Both the position numbers and the translations under genes were made by a program. A stretch of 64,000 nt of DNA from Verrucomicrobiota bacterium (GTDB taxonomy: Bacteria > Verrucomicrobiota > Verrucomicrobiia > Limisphaerales > AAA164-E04). Positions 38,568 to 47,623 of the stretch are shown here, piece after piece; the first letter of the stretch is position 1; every line of letters starts with the position of its first letter. Under the pieces are notes generated by a model. That model did no database searches. It was not told the origin of the DNA and saw only the letters and a program-made list of their open reading frames with translations. The DNA lies in contig JAQWLM010000002.1 in assembly GCA_029247315.1 (NCBI GenBank), positions 201,785 through 265,784 of the forward strand, read 5' to 3'.

Positions 38568-40505
38568 TTAACGTTCTTCAGGGCGCGCTCCAAGCAGATC
38601 ATAAGCAATCTTGTCTTCAAGATTGAGCAGGAAGGTCTCGTTGCCCTTGGGAACAATGACATATTTGCGTACATTGGTCAGCGAATTCGCCATGGCATCA
38701 AAATACTTGCGCTGTTTGAAAACATCCGGGGCGGACTGATACGCCTTGATCAGATCCTGAAACTGATTCGCTTTGGCCTCGCTGGTCAGGACGCGCTCGT
38801 AGCGAAAACCTTCCGCCATGGAAACCAACCTGGCCGCCTCACCGCGTCTCTTGGGAACGATTTCCGCCGCGTAACCCTCGGCCTGCAGAATTTTGGCCTG
38901 CATTTCCTGCTCAGCACCAATGACCTCCTCAAAGGCCCCCGCCACTGGAGTCATCTTGTCACCCACGGGAGGATGAATATCTTGGAGCCCTACAAAAAGG
39001 ATTTCGACACCCAACTCAAGGGAATCGGCGAGGCTCTGCATCCGCATTTTGAGTTCCTGAGCGGCCTGCAGTCGGCCGGTAGACATAATGTCGATCAAGT
39101 CCACGCTCACAAGATATCGAACCACTTCACGATGTCCAATGGATTGCAGCAACTCAGCAGGTTCAGAGTGGTTGTAGTACCACTGCTCGAAGTCCTTGAC
39201 AACGTATTGCACAGGAACGGCGGCAGTGAGGAAATTGACGGGCACGGTCTGTTCCTGGCCATCCGTCATCGGAGAAGATGCCTGTTCGCGGCTCGCCACC
39301 AGGAAGTTTGTTTCCTCAGCGTAATGCTTGGATGTCCATAGAAGCGTTCGCTCGAATACCCCCTGCATATCCGTTTCGTAGCCCACGTTAAAACTTCTCA
39401 ACTCCCTGGCGGGATGCCGAAAGACCTGGTCGATGGGCCATGGCCACTTGAAGTGCAGGCCCGGCTTGAGCACGGCATCTCCGGATCGCTGGAAAGGCAG
39501 AAGAGGCCATCGGAGTTCTCGAGAAGGGCTGCCAAAACGTTCAAGGATGCCCAGTTCATTGGGCTCGATAATGACGAAAGTGGTGGAAAGCATTAGGATT
39601 CCAAGCTGGAAAAGAACCAACCATGCCAGCGCCTTCTCAAGAAACTTGTAGAACCATGTATCTGAAACCTTGAAGCCAAACTGGTAGTCCAGAGCCTGCG
39701 CGGCTGTGGTTACCAGTCCGGCGGGCTGCCCGAGAAGGCCTACCAGGCGACTCTCGTAGAGAGCCCGTTCGGCCTTGCCCTTCGTGCGGGGGCGGTAGAT
39801 ATCGAGGATCAGATTGATAAACGTCTCCACCGCGGAAAGCCCAAGGAGGACCACCATGATGCGTGCCATGTGAAAATCAAGGCGCGGAACATCAAACCAG
39901 CCAGCTGCAAATGCCATCACCACCACCACACAGATAACGGAACCCAGCAGCAGATAGGCACCGCCGGGACGCAGCAGGCGTAGCTTATCGAGTCGCGCAA
40001 CACCAGAGCTGTATTTGCCCAACATGAACAGCAGCAGGGCAAAGGCCGAAAACGACACCATGACGATGGGGGCCTTGGACAGATCGGGCTGTAAAACGCC
40101 TGGAAGCCAGTTCCAAAGAAGATAAGCACCCACAGCTTGCCCAATGCCCAGTAGGGCGGTGAATATGGGTACGAAAAACCTTTCGAACTGTTCACGAGCC
40201 TTGCGGGCAAGAAACGTGTCATCCCCGGATTCATCAAAGAGAGCCGCACGATTACGATCCTTGGCAATGTCCTCAAACTCCATTGTCTCCAGTTGCTCGC
40301 GATTTTCCAATCGCATCTGGAAATAGCTGATCGCAGCCACCAGGAAACCGATGCCGAGGAAAACGGCACCCACCGCCGCCGTGGCGGAAAGCGCAATCTT
40401 CGCGATGACGGACGCCACCGCGCAGGCAACCAGGAGACCCAACATGTTGACCAATCCGTTTTTCTGTGTATTTCGTTCCATACTTCGCTTCAATCCACCA
40501 CGCAC
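38568..40505 (-). CDS. polytopic membrane domain fused to C-terminal SPFH/band-7 domain
   Basis: 645 aa. About 300 aa with at least 6 hydrophobic segments, then IIEPNELGILERFG...LKPGLHFKWPWPIDQV, VEILFVGLQDIHPP and a coiled coil. Confidence 0.7.
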   Translation of the reverse strand: MRGGLKRSMERNTQKNGLVNMLGLLVACAVASVIAKIALSATAAVGAVFLGIGFLVAAISYFQMRLENREQLETMEFEDIAKDRNRAALFDESGDDTFLARKAREQFERFFVPIFTALLGIGQAVGAYLLWNWLPGVLQPDLSKAPIVMVSFSAFALLLFMLGKYSSGVARLDKLRLLRPGGAYLLLGSVICVVVVMAFAAGWFDVPRLDFHMARIMVVLLGLSAVETFINLILDIYRPRTKGKAERALYESRLVGLLGQPAGLVTTAAQALDYQFGFKVSDTWFYKFLEKALAWLVLFQLGILMLSTTFVIIEPNELGILERFGSPSRELRWPLLPFQRSGDAVLKPGLHFKWPWPIDQVFRHPARELRSFNVGYETDMQGVFERTLLWTSKHYAEETNFLVASREQASSPMTDGQEQTVPVNFLTAAVPVQYVVKDFEQWYYNHSEPAELLQSIGHREVVRYLVSVDLIDIMSTGRLQAAQELKMRMQSLADSLELGVEILFVGLQDIHPPVGDKMTPVAGAFEEVIGAEQEMQAKILQAEGYAAEIVPKRRGEAARLVSMAEGFRYERVLTSEAKANQFQDLIKAYQSAPDVFKQRKYFDAMANSLTNVRKYVIVPKGNETFLLNLEDKIAYDLLGARPEER

Positions 40506-40516
40506 CGGGTGGCTTT

Positions 40517-41659
40517 TTAATTCAATTCACGACTCTCAAAACTCATCACTGCCAGCGCCATCAAGGCACTGAGGTAAAAAAGCACATAGGCAAAAGAGCG
40601 CCCAACATAGGACCAGGGAACGGTCTTGTCGTTCTCCAGAGCGTCCGCGATCCAGAAAAGTTGCCAGTTGGGTATGATGGCGTAGACAATGGAAGCCCAG
40701 ACTTGCCTGTCCAGACCAGCCTCCTTCATGGCGGCAATGTCCTCCGGCAGCAAGGAAGCCATCTCACTCATGTCGATCTTTTTATTGTCATTCGTATCCG
40801 CCTTCGAAATGGTAGAGGAAAGCAATCGCTTCTGCGATTCCGTGAAAGGACCCGACTGGACTGTTTGATGTGAGGGAAAGGACACCCATGCGGGTTCTGC
40901 CCAGCGCCCGAAGAGGTAATCAGACATCAGTCCCAGCAGGAACAGCAGGGTGCAGATGGCAAGTGTAGGCACCACCTCGAGCCGTGTGGAACATACCAGA
41001 GCCAAGCCAGCCAGAAGCAGGAAGGCACATAGAATCAACATGGACGCCGGGATCAAACGCCAGTCCAGATCGATATGATCCTCATACATCGTTCCGTTGC
41101 GCTCTTTGAATGCAATGTAGACAAAGGCAATGGTAACCATCACGGCGACAAAGCACACCGCATCCGAGGTAAAGGTGCGGTTCAGGAAGTAATTGGTAAA
41201 GCCTGCCAGCAGATATGCCAAGGCGATAGCGCCCGTGAAGACAAAGAAGGCCGTCTTGTCGACCTCGCCGTATGCGGTGAAAGATATCTTGCTGGCAACC
41301 AGGGCACTGATCATGTTGACGTAGGTGAGAACGGCTAGAGTAGCTGCCAGACCCACGTACTTCCCCATAAGGAAGCCCACACGGCCCACTGGCTTGGACA
41401 AGACCGCCAGCGCAGTTCCAGTGCGGATCTCATGGGCCACTGAGGTGGAGGCACTGACCACAGCCCCAAACAATCCCACCAGCAGCAAGGTCGCCAAAAC
41501 ACTATCCTTGACAAGTTTGGGATCATCCCCAAAGCCAAAGTAAGGCGTGCTGGCAAGGAAAACAGCAAACACGGCAGAAGAAGTCATCAGCAGGAGAAAG
41601 ACCGGCTGACGCAACAACTCCATGAAGGCGTTCCATGCTATGGTTCTAATCTGTCTCAT
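40517..41659 (-). CDS. ABC-2 type (NosY-like) permease with EF-hand-containing soluble loop
   Basis: 380 aa. ABC-2-like block IRTGTALAVLSKPVGRVGFLMGKY, multiple TMs, and a ~75-aa loop carrying DTNDNKKIDMSE (nt 40763-40798). No adjacent ATPase gene. Confidence 0.6.
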   Translation of the reverse strand: MRQIRTIAWNAFMELLRQPVFLLLMTSSAVFAVFLASTPYFGFGDDPKLVKDSVLATLLLVGLFGAVVSASTSVAHEIRTGTALAVLSKPVGRVGFLMGKYVGLAATLAVLTYVNMISALVASKISFTAYGEVDKTAFFVFTGAIALAYLLAGFTNYFLNRTFTSDAVCFVAVMVTIAFVYIAFKERNGTMYEDHIDLDWRLIPASMLILCAFLLLAGLALVCSTRLEVVPTLAICTLLFLLGLMSDYLFGRWAEPAWVSFPSHQTVQSGPFTESQKRLLSSTISKADTNDNKKIDMSEMASLLPEDIAAMKEAGLDRQVWASIVYAIIPNWQLFWIADALENDKTVPWSYVGRSFAYVLFYLSALMALAVMSFESRELN

Positions 41660-41686
41660 TAAAGATACAAATCACAGGGACCGAGG

Positions 41687-41714
41687 AGAATAATGAACTC
41701 CCGGCCACAGTCAA
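41687..41714 (-). promoter_or_regulatory. candidate sigma70-type promoter for the permease/SPFH cluster
   Basis: Minus strand TTGACT-16 nt-TATTCT, with the -10 ending about 27 nt upstream of ATG 41659. Consensus use in this lineage is unverified. Confidence 0.3.
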
Positions 41715-41815
41715 AGCAGAAATTTTCTTGGCAATTTTATTCAAGACAATCAAAAGGACACGCAACTATTCAAGAAAAGGCAAATTTGCCAATGGGCGTT
41801 TGAAGGCACAGAGCA

Positions 41816-44608
41816 TCACGGAGCCGCATCAGGTGGATGCCTCTGAAGGTCATGGATGACGATGCCTTGAGAGGCATGTCGCGCTGCGGGATCCCTGGAT
41901 CGCGCAAGCGCCACCGCCTGATCCCTCGCATTATCGTCAAAGCGGTACGTCTCGTGCAGTTCACGATGATGGGTGGCCTTGTCCTCATTCCCAAGTTCAG
42001 CATGAATCAGCGAGAGGTTGTAATGCGCAGTCTGGTTTTCTGAGTCCAGTTGAAGGGTATGCTGGAATTGCTGGATCGCAAGGTCGAGAAATTGCCTCTC
42101 TCGCTCGGGCTGCCCGCGCTCCAGCTTGGACCGCAGGTAGTAGGTCTGCCCCAACTCGTTGATGACAACATAGTCCTTGCTGAAGTCAAAACCACGTTCG
42201 TCCAGTTCGGCATAACGATCCTCGAGGATGCTTCGATAATTTTGAATGGCCTCGTCAAGTTCACCATTTTGCGCATGCACCCGACCTGTAAACCATGCAA
42301 TGGTCCAACGGGGAGCAGGTGGATCGAAAGCAGCGGCACGCTGCAGGGCGAGAGCGGCATCATCCACTCTACCCTCCTTGAAGAAGACTCGGGCCATGTT
42401 GACCGGCCCCTCAGGGTAACCCAGTGCCTCAACCTGCGCAAAGGCCTTAGAGGCCTGCTTCAGCTCCCCCTTGTCACTGCCGGCTGAGCCCTTGAGCAAG
42501 AGACCAATGCCGTAATCATTCCAGCGCTGCCAGGTCGGGAATCCAGCTGGAGTAATCTCAGCGGTGAAATCCTGCGGGTCTGGATCGCCGCCTTCGATGC
42601 CAAAGGCCACTGCATCCTCGCAAAGAATGGAAACAGGCAGGTCATTCACATAATCCTTGCCATAAACATACTGCATGTAGGTGGTGTCAAACTTCCGGTA
42701 TTTAAGCTTCACCTGAAGGCGGATGGCCTTTGTCTGCGTATCGGGCACTCTGAACCTGTAATGCACCACCGCAGCCGCACCAGGCGGAATCTGGTTGTTA
42801 TAAAGCGGGGTAAAGATGTCCCCAGCATTTCGCCGGTCAATTCTGTTTCCATCCTTGTCGAGCATGTAAACGTTCACGAAATGCGACCAAGGATCCACAC
42901 GGTTCTGATCTCCAAAACTACCACTTTGGCCCAGGACCTTATCGCCGTCCTCCGCCGTGACCTCCAGCCATACCTGGTTTGAATCCGCAGTCCCTTGTGT
43001 GAAGATGTGACCAAGTTTCAGGGTGCGAATCACGATCTCAAACAGGTAACTCTGGCCGGGCTTGAGGTCAGGAACTTCCGGGCGAAGAGGGGCGATGAGG
43101 GGTGCATCCACCGTGCCTCCTTCCTTGATACCAAAAAGATCCACCCTGAGGTTACCTTCGTGGAATGTTTCATGGGCCTGATTGACCCATTCAGGTGCCT
43201 TGCGGAGATGGGGCAGTGCTGTATTGGCAGATGGAAAGAGATGGTCATGGATCTTGAGTTCTCCGGAATCATCAAAGAACCGGGCCCCAAAATCCTCCGA
43301 AGCCTCCAACTGCATGTGGCAATCGTTGCAGTTGCGTTCTGCCTTGGGAGGATAATAAAAAGCCCTGGCATTGATGCCCGAGACACCACTGAGAAGGAAA
43401 TTGTCGTAGTGATTCTGCCCTCTCAACCATTCCTTGTAATGCGTCAGTTCCCCTGGAAGGCTGACTTTGTGGCACACCGAGCAGTATTCTGAGGTCTTGT
43501 GCAGCGGCTTGAGGAAGGTCTTATTGTGAAAGGCTGGTTTGGCCTTGACCAGGAGCTCATTGACATATTGAAGGGCCGTATTGTCACTGAAGGCAAATGG
43601 ATAATGAATCGGCTCCTCAAGGGTATAGGCCGCGTTTCCCTTGGTACTGTTGACATGGGTCATGGAGTGACACACGGTACACGTAATGCCAGCATGCGCC
43701 GTTGGATGATGACGCATATCAAACTCTGGATCATCAAAGGCGCCACTGAGAAATGGGACGACATCATGGCACCCGGCGCACCATCGGGATGCCTTGACAT
43801 CACCGTCCCGCTTGATAAGCACGTCCCTCAATTCCTTGATGGAAAACAGATATGGTTCATTGTTGAACGAGCTGAAGTGATGTGAGCTGTGGAACCAATC
43901 ATGGTAGGCATCTTCATGACATCGCTGGCAATACTCATCCATCATCAGGGTTTTGGCCGGAACAAACTGACCCGTAGCCGTCCTTGCGAGTGAAGGCTCG
44001 AAATACTGTTCCCCTTCCTTGGGACCTTCAAGGTTCCACCGACGCGGGTCCTGTTTATGCAAGCCAGCCATACCGACGACGACCACCCCAACCGCAAGGG
44101 CCCAACCGGCACCAACCTTCCACTGGAGACGCGGACCCGCCAGGCGATGCAGCACGTACAACCACACCACAAGTATGGGAGTGATGACGTGTGCCCAATA
44201 CAGCCAGAGGCGCGTGTTGGGATTCCTGACCTCAAATCCCTCCACCCGCATGAGGGCAAATCCCGATAAGAGCAGGATCAGGCAAATGACCAGCAGACCA
44301 TAACCCACCTTGACGGCCCGACGATTGCGCCGCTTGTAAGCAAGCCGGAGGTGCGCGAAAGCAAAAAACAAGAATGGGAACACCAGGACAATGCCCAGAA
44401 CCAGGTGCGCCAGGAACATATACTGATAAAAATAGTTTTGATAAAGTTCATCGTACCACCACTCCAACAAGGTGATGGCACTGAGATACGCAGAATTGGC
44501 GCCGAGCACTGCGAACAAGCCCAGCACCGCATAGAGCAGAACCTGAAGCCGAGGCCCCATGGTCGGGCGATAACGGCGATGCCCGTTTGATGAACCCTCC
44601 TGAGTCAT
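41816..44608 (-). CDS. membrane-anchored pentahaem c-type cytochrome fused to TPR repeats
   Basis: Five CxxCH motifs (CQRCH, CAGCH, CTVCH, CSVCH, CNDCH; nt ~43316-43930). N-terminal ~5 TM helices with intramembrane His (FLAHLVLG, YWAHVITP, YVLHRLAG). C-terminal TPR-like repeats. ATG 44608 (MTQEGS) is preferred, and the ORF is open to ATG 44728. Confidence 0.8.
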   Translation of the reverse strand: MTQEGSSNGHRRYRPTMGPRLQVLLYAVLGLFAVLGANSAYLSAITLLEWWYDELYQNYFYQYMFLAHLVLGIVLVFPFLFFAFAHLRLAYKRRNRRAVKVGYGLLVICLILLLSGFALMRVEGFEVRNPNTRLWLYWAHVITPILVVWLYVLHRLAGPRLQWKVGAGWALAVGVVVVGMAGLHKQDPRRWNLEGPKEGEQYFEPSLARTATGQFVPAKTLMMDEYCQRCHEDAYHDWFHSSHHFSSFNNEPYLFSIKELRDVLIKRDGDVKASRWCAGCHDVVPFLSGAFDDPEFDMRHHPTAHAGITCTVCHSMTHVNSTKGNAAYTLEEPIHYPFAFSDNTALQYVNELLVKAKPAFHNKTFLKPLHKTSEYCSVCHKVSLPGELTHYKEWLRGQNHYDNFLLSGVSGINARAFYYPPKAERNCNDCHMQLEASEDFGARFFDDSGELKIHDHLFPSANTALPHLRKAPEWVNQAHETFHEGNLRVDLFGIKEGGTVDAPLIAPLRPEVPDLKPGQSYLFEIVIRTLKLGHIFTQGTADSNQVWLEVTAEDGDKVLGQSGSFGDQNRVDPWSHFVNVYMLDKDGNRIDRRNAGDIFTPLYNNQIPPGAAAVVHYRFRVPDTQTKAIRLQVKLKYRKFDTTYMQYVYGKDYVNDLPVSILCEDAVAFGIEGGDPDPQDFTAEITPAGFPTWQRWNDYGIGLLLKGSAGSDKGELKQASKAFAQVEALGYPEGPVNMARVFFKEGRVDDAALALQRAAAFDPPAPRWTIAWFTGRVHAQNGELDEAIQNYRSILEDRYAELDERGFDFSKDYVVINELGQTYYLRSKLERGQPERERQFLDLAIQQFQHTLQLDSENQTAHYNLSLIHAELGNEDKATHHRELHETYRFDDNARDQAVALARSRDPAARHASQGIVIHDLQRHPPDAAP

Positions 44609-44928
44609 GCCTCCATCAAATCCACAAGTCCTACGCTTTGCAACGTGAAAAAAAAGGGAATTGGATGACAACAACTTGCGCCATCCTCGGAGCAGCACTT
44701 TATCCTGCTTAATCGCTTTTCCCGACAAATCCCCTCAACGAATCCTATCGCCTTAAAGGGAACAAGGAAGGCTTAGAAACGGATGTATTTTTTCCATGCA
44801 ACCACGTTCCGGCGAGATGCAGATTAGGCTCGCGAGGTATGTGATACCGTGCAAGCATGCAGTCTTGGTCCATGGCTCGGACGGCCAGCATAGTGTTTCG
44901 TGCCGGGCTAAGGAACAAACCATAAGCC

Positions 44929-46308
44929 ATGCGACGAATCATTCACTGCCTGTTGATCGGGGCTTGCATCGTTTTGGAAGCCCGTGAAGACAAGGAACCG
45001 GTCATTGAAGCGGGCCTTGCCCAGCTGGACATCACTCCGGAGGAACCCATTTTTCTGGCCGGCTATGCAGCACGCCGAAAACCGAGCGAGGGTGTGGATA
45101 TCCCCCTCAAGGCCCAAGCACTGGCATTGCGGTCCGGTAACCAGCGTTTCGTCTTCGTGGCTCTGGACAACTGCGAAGTCAGCAGACGTTTCATGGAACC
45201 AGTCCTCAAGAAACTGGCTGCAACACACGGCTTACCAAGAGGCTCGGTAATGGTCGTCAGCAGCCATACGCATAGTGCCCCGGTCTTGGCCGACACACTT
45301 GAGGTCATGGCCATCATGCCTGCCAAGGACAAGGAAGTGATACGCCGCTACAGCAAACGCTTGCAGTCACAATTGGCAGAAGTGGTCTCGCTTGCATTGA
45401 AAGACCTGAGTCCTGCCCAGCTCAAGCATGGGGTGGGTGAAGCTACGTTCGCCATGAACAGGCGTATCTACCGCCCGGAGGGCATCCGTTTTGGTGAGAA
45501 CCCTGATGGCCCTGTCGACTGGGATGTCCCTGTCCTGAGCATTTTAAGCACACAAGGTGAACTCAGGGGGATTCTTTTCGGATATGCATGCCACGGCACC
45601 AGCGTTTCGGGGAATGGATTCTTTCAGGTCAGTGGAGATTATATGGCCTATGCACGCGCATCCCTTGAAAACGTGTATCCCGGGGCCATGGCCATCTTTA
45701 TGACCGGCATGGGAGCCGATCAAAACCCATCGCCCAGGGGAGATATCATGGACGCCAAACGACATGGGGTCGAACTGGCCGGGGCTGTCATTGAAGTGCT
45801 CAACAAGCCCATGCGAAGCGTGGAGGGCAGACTCGCACATACCTACAAGGAAATGGATCTGCACTTGGAAGCTGCCCCAGACCGACCCCAGCTTGAGAAA
45901 GACGCAAAAAGCGACGACATCTATGTCCGACGTCGTGCAGAACAATTCCTGGCCATCCTGAACCAGGGTGGGGCAATGCCGCTCTCCATCCCCCTGCCCA
46001 TGTCCATCGTACGTATAGGAACGGACCTGACCTTCATGAACCTTGCTGGTGAGGTCGTGGTCGATTATGCCATCCGACTCAAGCGACAATACGCTGACGA
46101 TCACCCCTGGTGCATTGGCTATGCCTACGAGGTACCGTGCTACATCCCCAACGTGCGAATCCTCAAGGAAGGTGGTTACGAAGCGGAATCTTCCCTCATT
46201 TATTACGGCCTTTATGGACCCTTCCGAACCAGTATCGAGTCCAACATCCTGACACAGGTGAAAGGCCTCATGCAGACCCTTGAAACACCCTCGGATGCAT
46301 TGCCCTGA
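44929..46308 (+). CDS. secreted hydrolase resembling the neutral/alkaline non-lysosomal ceramidase N-terminal domain
   Basis: 459 aa. Signal-like MRRIIHCLLIGACIVLEA. AGLAQLDITPEEPIFLAGYAARRKPSEG, VVSSHTHSAP. Family assignment is from memory only. Confidence 0.5.
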   Translation: MRRIIHCLLIGACIVLEAREDKEPVIEAGLAQLDITPEEPIFLAGYAARRKPSEGVDIPLKAQALALRSGNQRFVFVALDNCEVSRRFMEPVLKKLAATHGLPRGSVMVVSSHTHSAPVLADTLEVMAIMPAKDKEVIRRYSKRLQSQLAEVVSLALKDLSPAQLKHGVGEATFAMNRRIYRPEGIRFGENPDGPVDWDVPVLSILSTQGELRGILFGYACHGTSVSGNGFFQVSGDYMAYARASLENVYPGAMAIFMTGMGADQNPSPRGDIMDAKRHGVELAGAVIEVLNKPMRSVEGRLAHTYKEMDLHLEAAPDRPQLEKDAKSDDIYVRRRAEQFLAILNQGGAMPLSIPLPMSIVRIGTDLTFMNLAGEVVVDYAIRLKRQYADDHPWCIGYAYEVPCYIPNVRILKEGGYEAESSLIYYGLYGPFRTSIESNILTQVKGLMQTLETPSDALP

Positions 46309-47607
46309 ATGAAGACCAGACACCTCCAAAGCGAGGCTTCTGCAGCAATCAAACCTAATGAACCTTCCCCGGAACGGTGTCGCGAGAATGTGGACGTGGT
46401 GGTGGTGGGCGGAGGCGCTGCTGGTTTTTTTGCGGCAATCACCGCAAAGGAACATCATCCAGGACTACGCGTGCTCATCCTCGAGAAAGGGTCCGAGGTA
46501 CTAGTAAAAGTACGCATTTCTGGCGGAGGACGGTGCAACGTCACCCACGCCTGCTTTGATGCAGCCGAGCTGACAACACATTACCCACGCGGTCATCGTG
46601 AGTTATTGGGTCCCTTTCACCGTTGGCAACCCTCGAACACGGTTCAGTGGTTTGAGGAACGCGATGTGGCGCTGAAAACCGAGGAGGACGGACGCATGTT
46701 CCCTGTCTCCGATCGTTCATCCAGCATCGTGACCTGCCTGACGGAAGCAGCACGGCGGGCAGACGTTAAAGTCCGGACAGGGCTGGAGGTCAGGCGCGTG
46801 AGGCCGTTGACAGCGGGCGGATTTATTCTGGAATTACGCAATGCGCCTCCCCTGCGGTGTCGTAGAGTTCTCTGGTCCGCCGGGGGGATGAAGGCGGGCC
46901 CCACAACAGACATGTTTTCAAGACTCGGTCATCACATCGTAGAACCAATTCCCTCGCTCTTTACATTCAAGGTCAGGGACCCCTTGATCGAGGGCCTCCA
47001 GGGCCTCAGCGTGGAGGAGGTAACAGCTCAACTTGTTGGAACCAAGATCCGCTGTGAGGGCCCCCTTCTGATCACTCACTGGGGACTCAGTGGTCCAGCG
47101 ATTCTAAGACTCTCGGCCTGGGCGGCGCGTGAACTGCATGCCAGCAAGGGATCGCTTGCCTGCACGATTCGCTGGATAGCGCACGTGGATGATCCCATGC
47201 AGGCCTTAAAGACCTTTCAATCCAGGCATCCCAAAAAACAGGTTTCCAACACCTCACCATTCTCCCTGCCAAAGCGTCTTTGGCAGCGCATGCTGGCTTC
47301 TGTAAATCACCCCACCGGAAGGACATGGTGCCAGATGAACAGGGCCCAGCTGGAAACACTGACGAATATACTCATGTGCACCCGGTTCAAGGTCATCGGC
47401 AAGAGTCGCAACAAAGATGAGTTTGTCACCTGCGGCGGAGTCCATTTGCGGGAAATCGACTTCAAAACCATGGAAAGCAAAATCCTCCCCGGTCTCTATT
47501 TTGCGGGTGAAGCCTTGGATGTCGATGCCGAGACCGGTGGCTTCAACTTCCAGGCCGCCTGGACCACGGGATACCTTGCAGGCCGTGCCATGGCACAACG
47601 GTTTTGA
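46309..47607 (+). CDS. BaiN/HI0933-family NAD(P)/FAD-dependent oxidoreductase
   Basis: 432 aa. DVVVVGGGAAGFFAA dinucleotide motif, ISGGGRCNVTH hallmark, GLYFAGEALDVDAETGGFNFQAAWTTG. The ATG immediately follows the upstream TGA. Confidence 0.85.
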   Translation: MKTRHLQSEASAAIKPNEPSPERCRENVDVVVVGGGAAGFFAAITAKEHHPGLRVLILEKGSEVLVKVRISGGGRCNVTHACFDAAELTTHYPRGHRELLGPFHRWQPSNTVQWFEERDVALKTEEDGRMFPVSDRSSSIVTCLTEAARRADVKVRTGLEVRRVRPLTAGGFILELRNAPPLRCRRVLWSAGGMKAGPTTDMFSRLGHHIVEPIPSLFTFKVRDPLIEGLQGLSVEEVTAQLVGTKIRCEGPLLITHWGLSGPAILRLSAWAARELHASKGSLACTIRWIAHVDDPMQALKTFQSRHPKKQVSNTSPFSLPKRLWQRMLASVNHPTGRTWCQMNRAQLETLTNILMCTRFKVIGKSRNKDEFVTCGGVHLREIDFKTMESKILPGLYFAGEALDVDAETGGFNFQAAWTTGYLAGRAMAQRF

Positions 47608-47623
47608 GGCTGGAAGACTCTGA

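Noticed and set aside
41775-41790. Palindrome ggcaaatttgcc followed (on the minus strand) by TTTTCTT as the terminator of the cytochrome/TPR gene.
   Set aside because: The effective stem is only about 4 bp once a loop is allowed. It may contribute to termination, but the call is not supportable.
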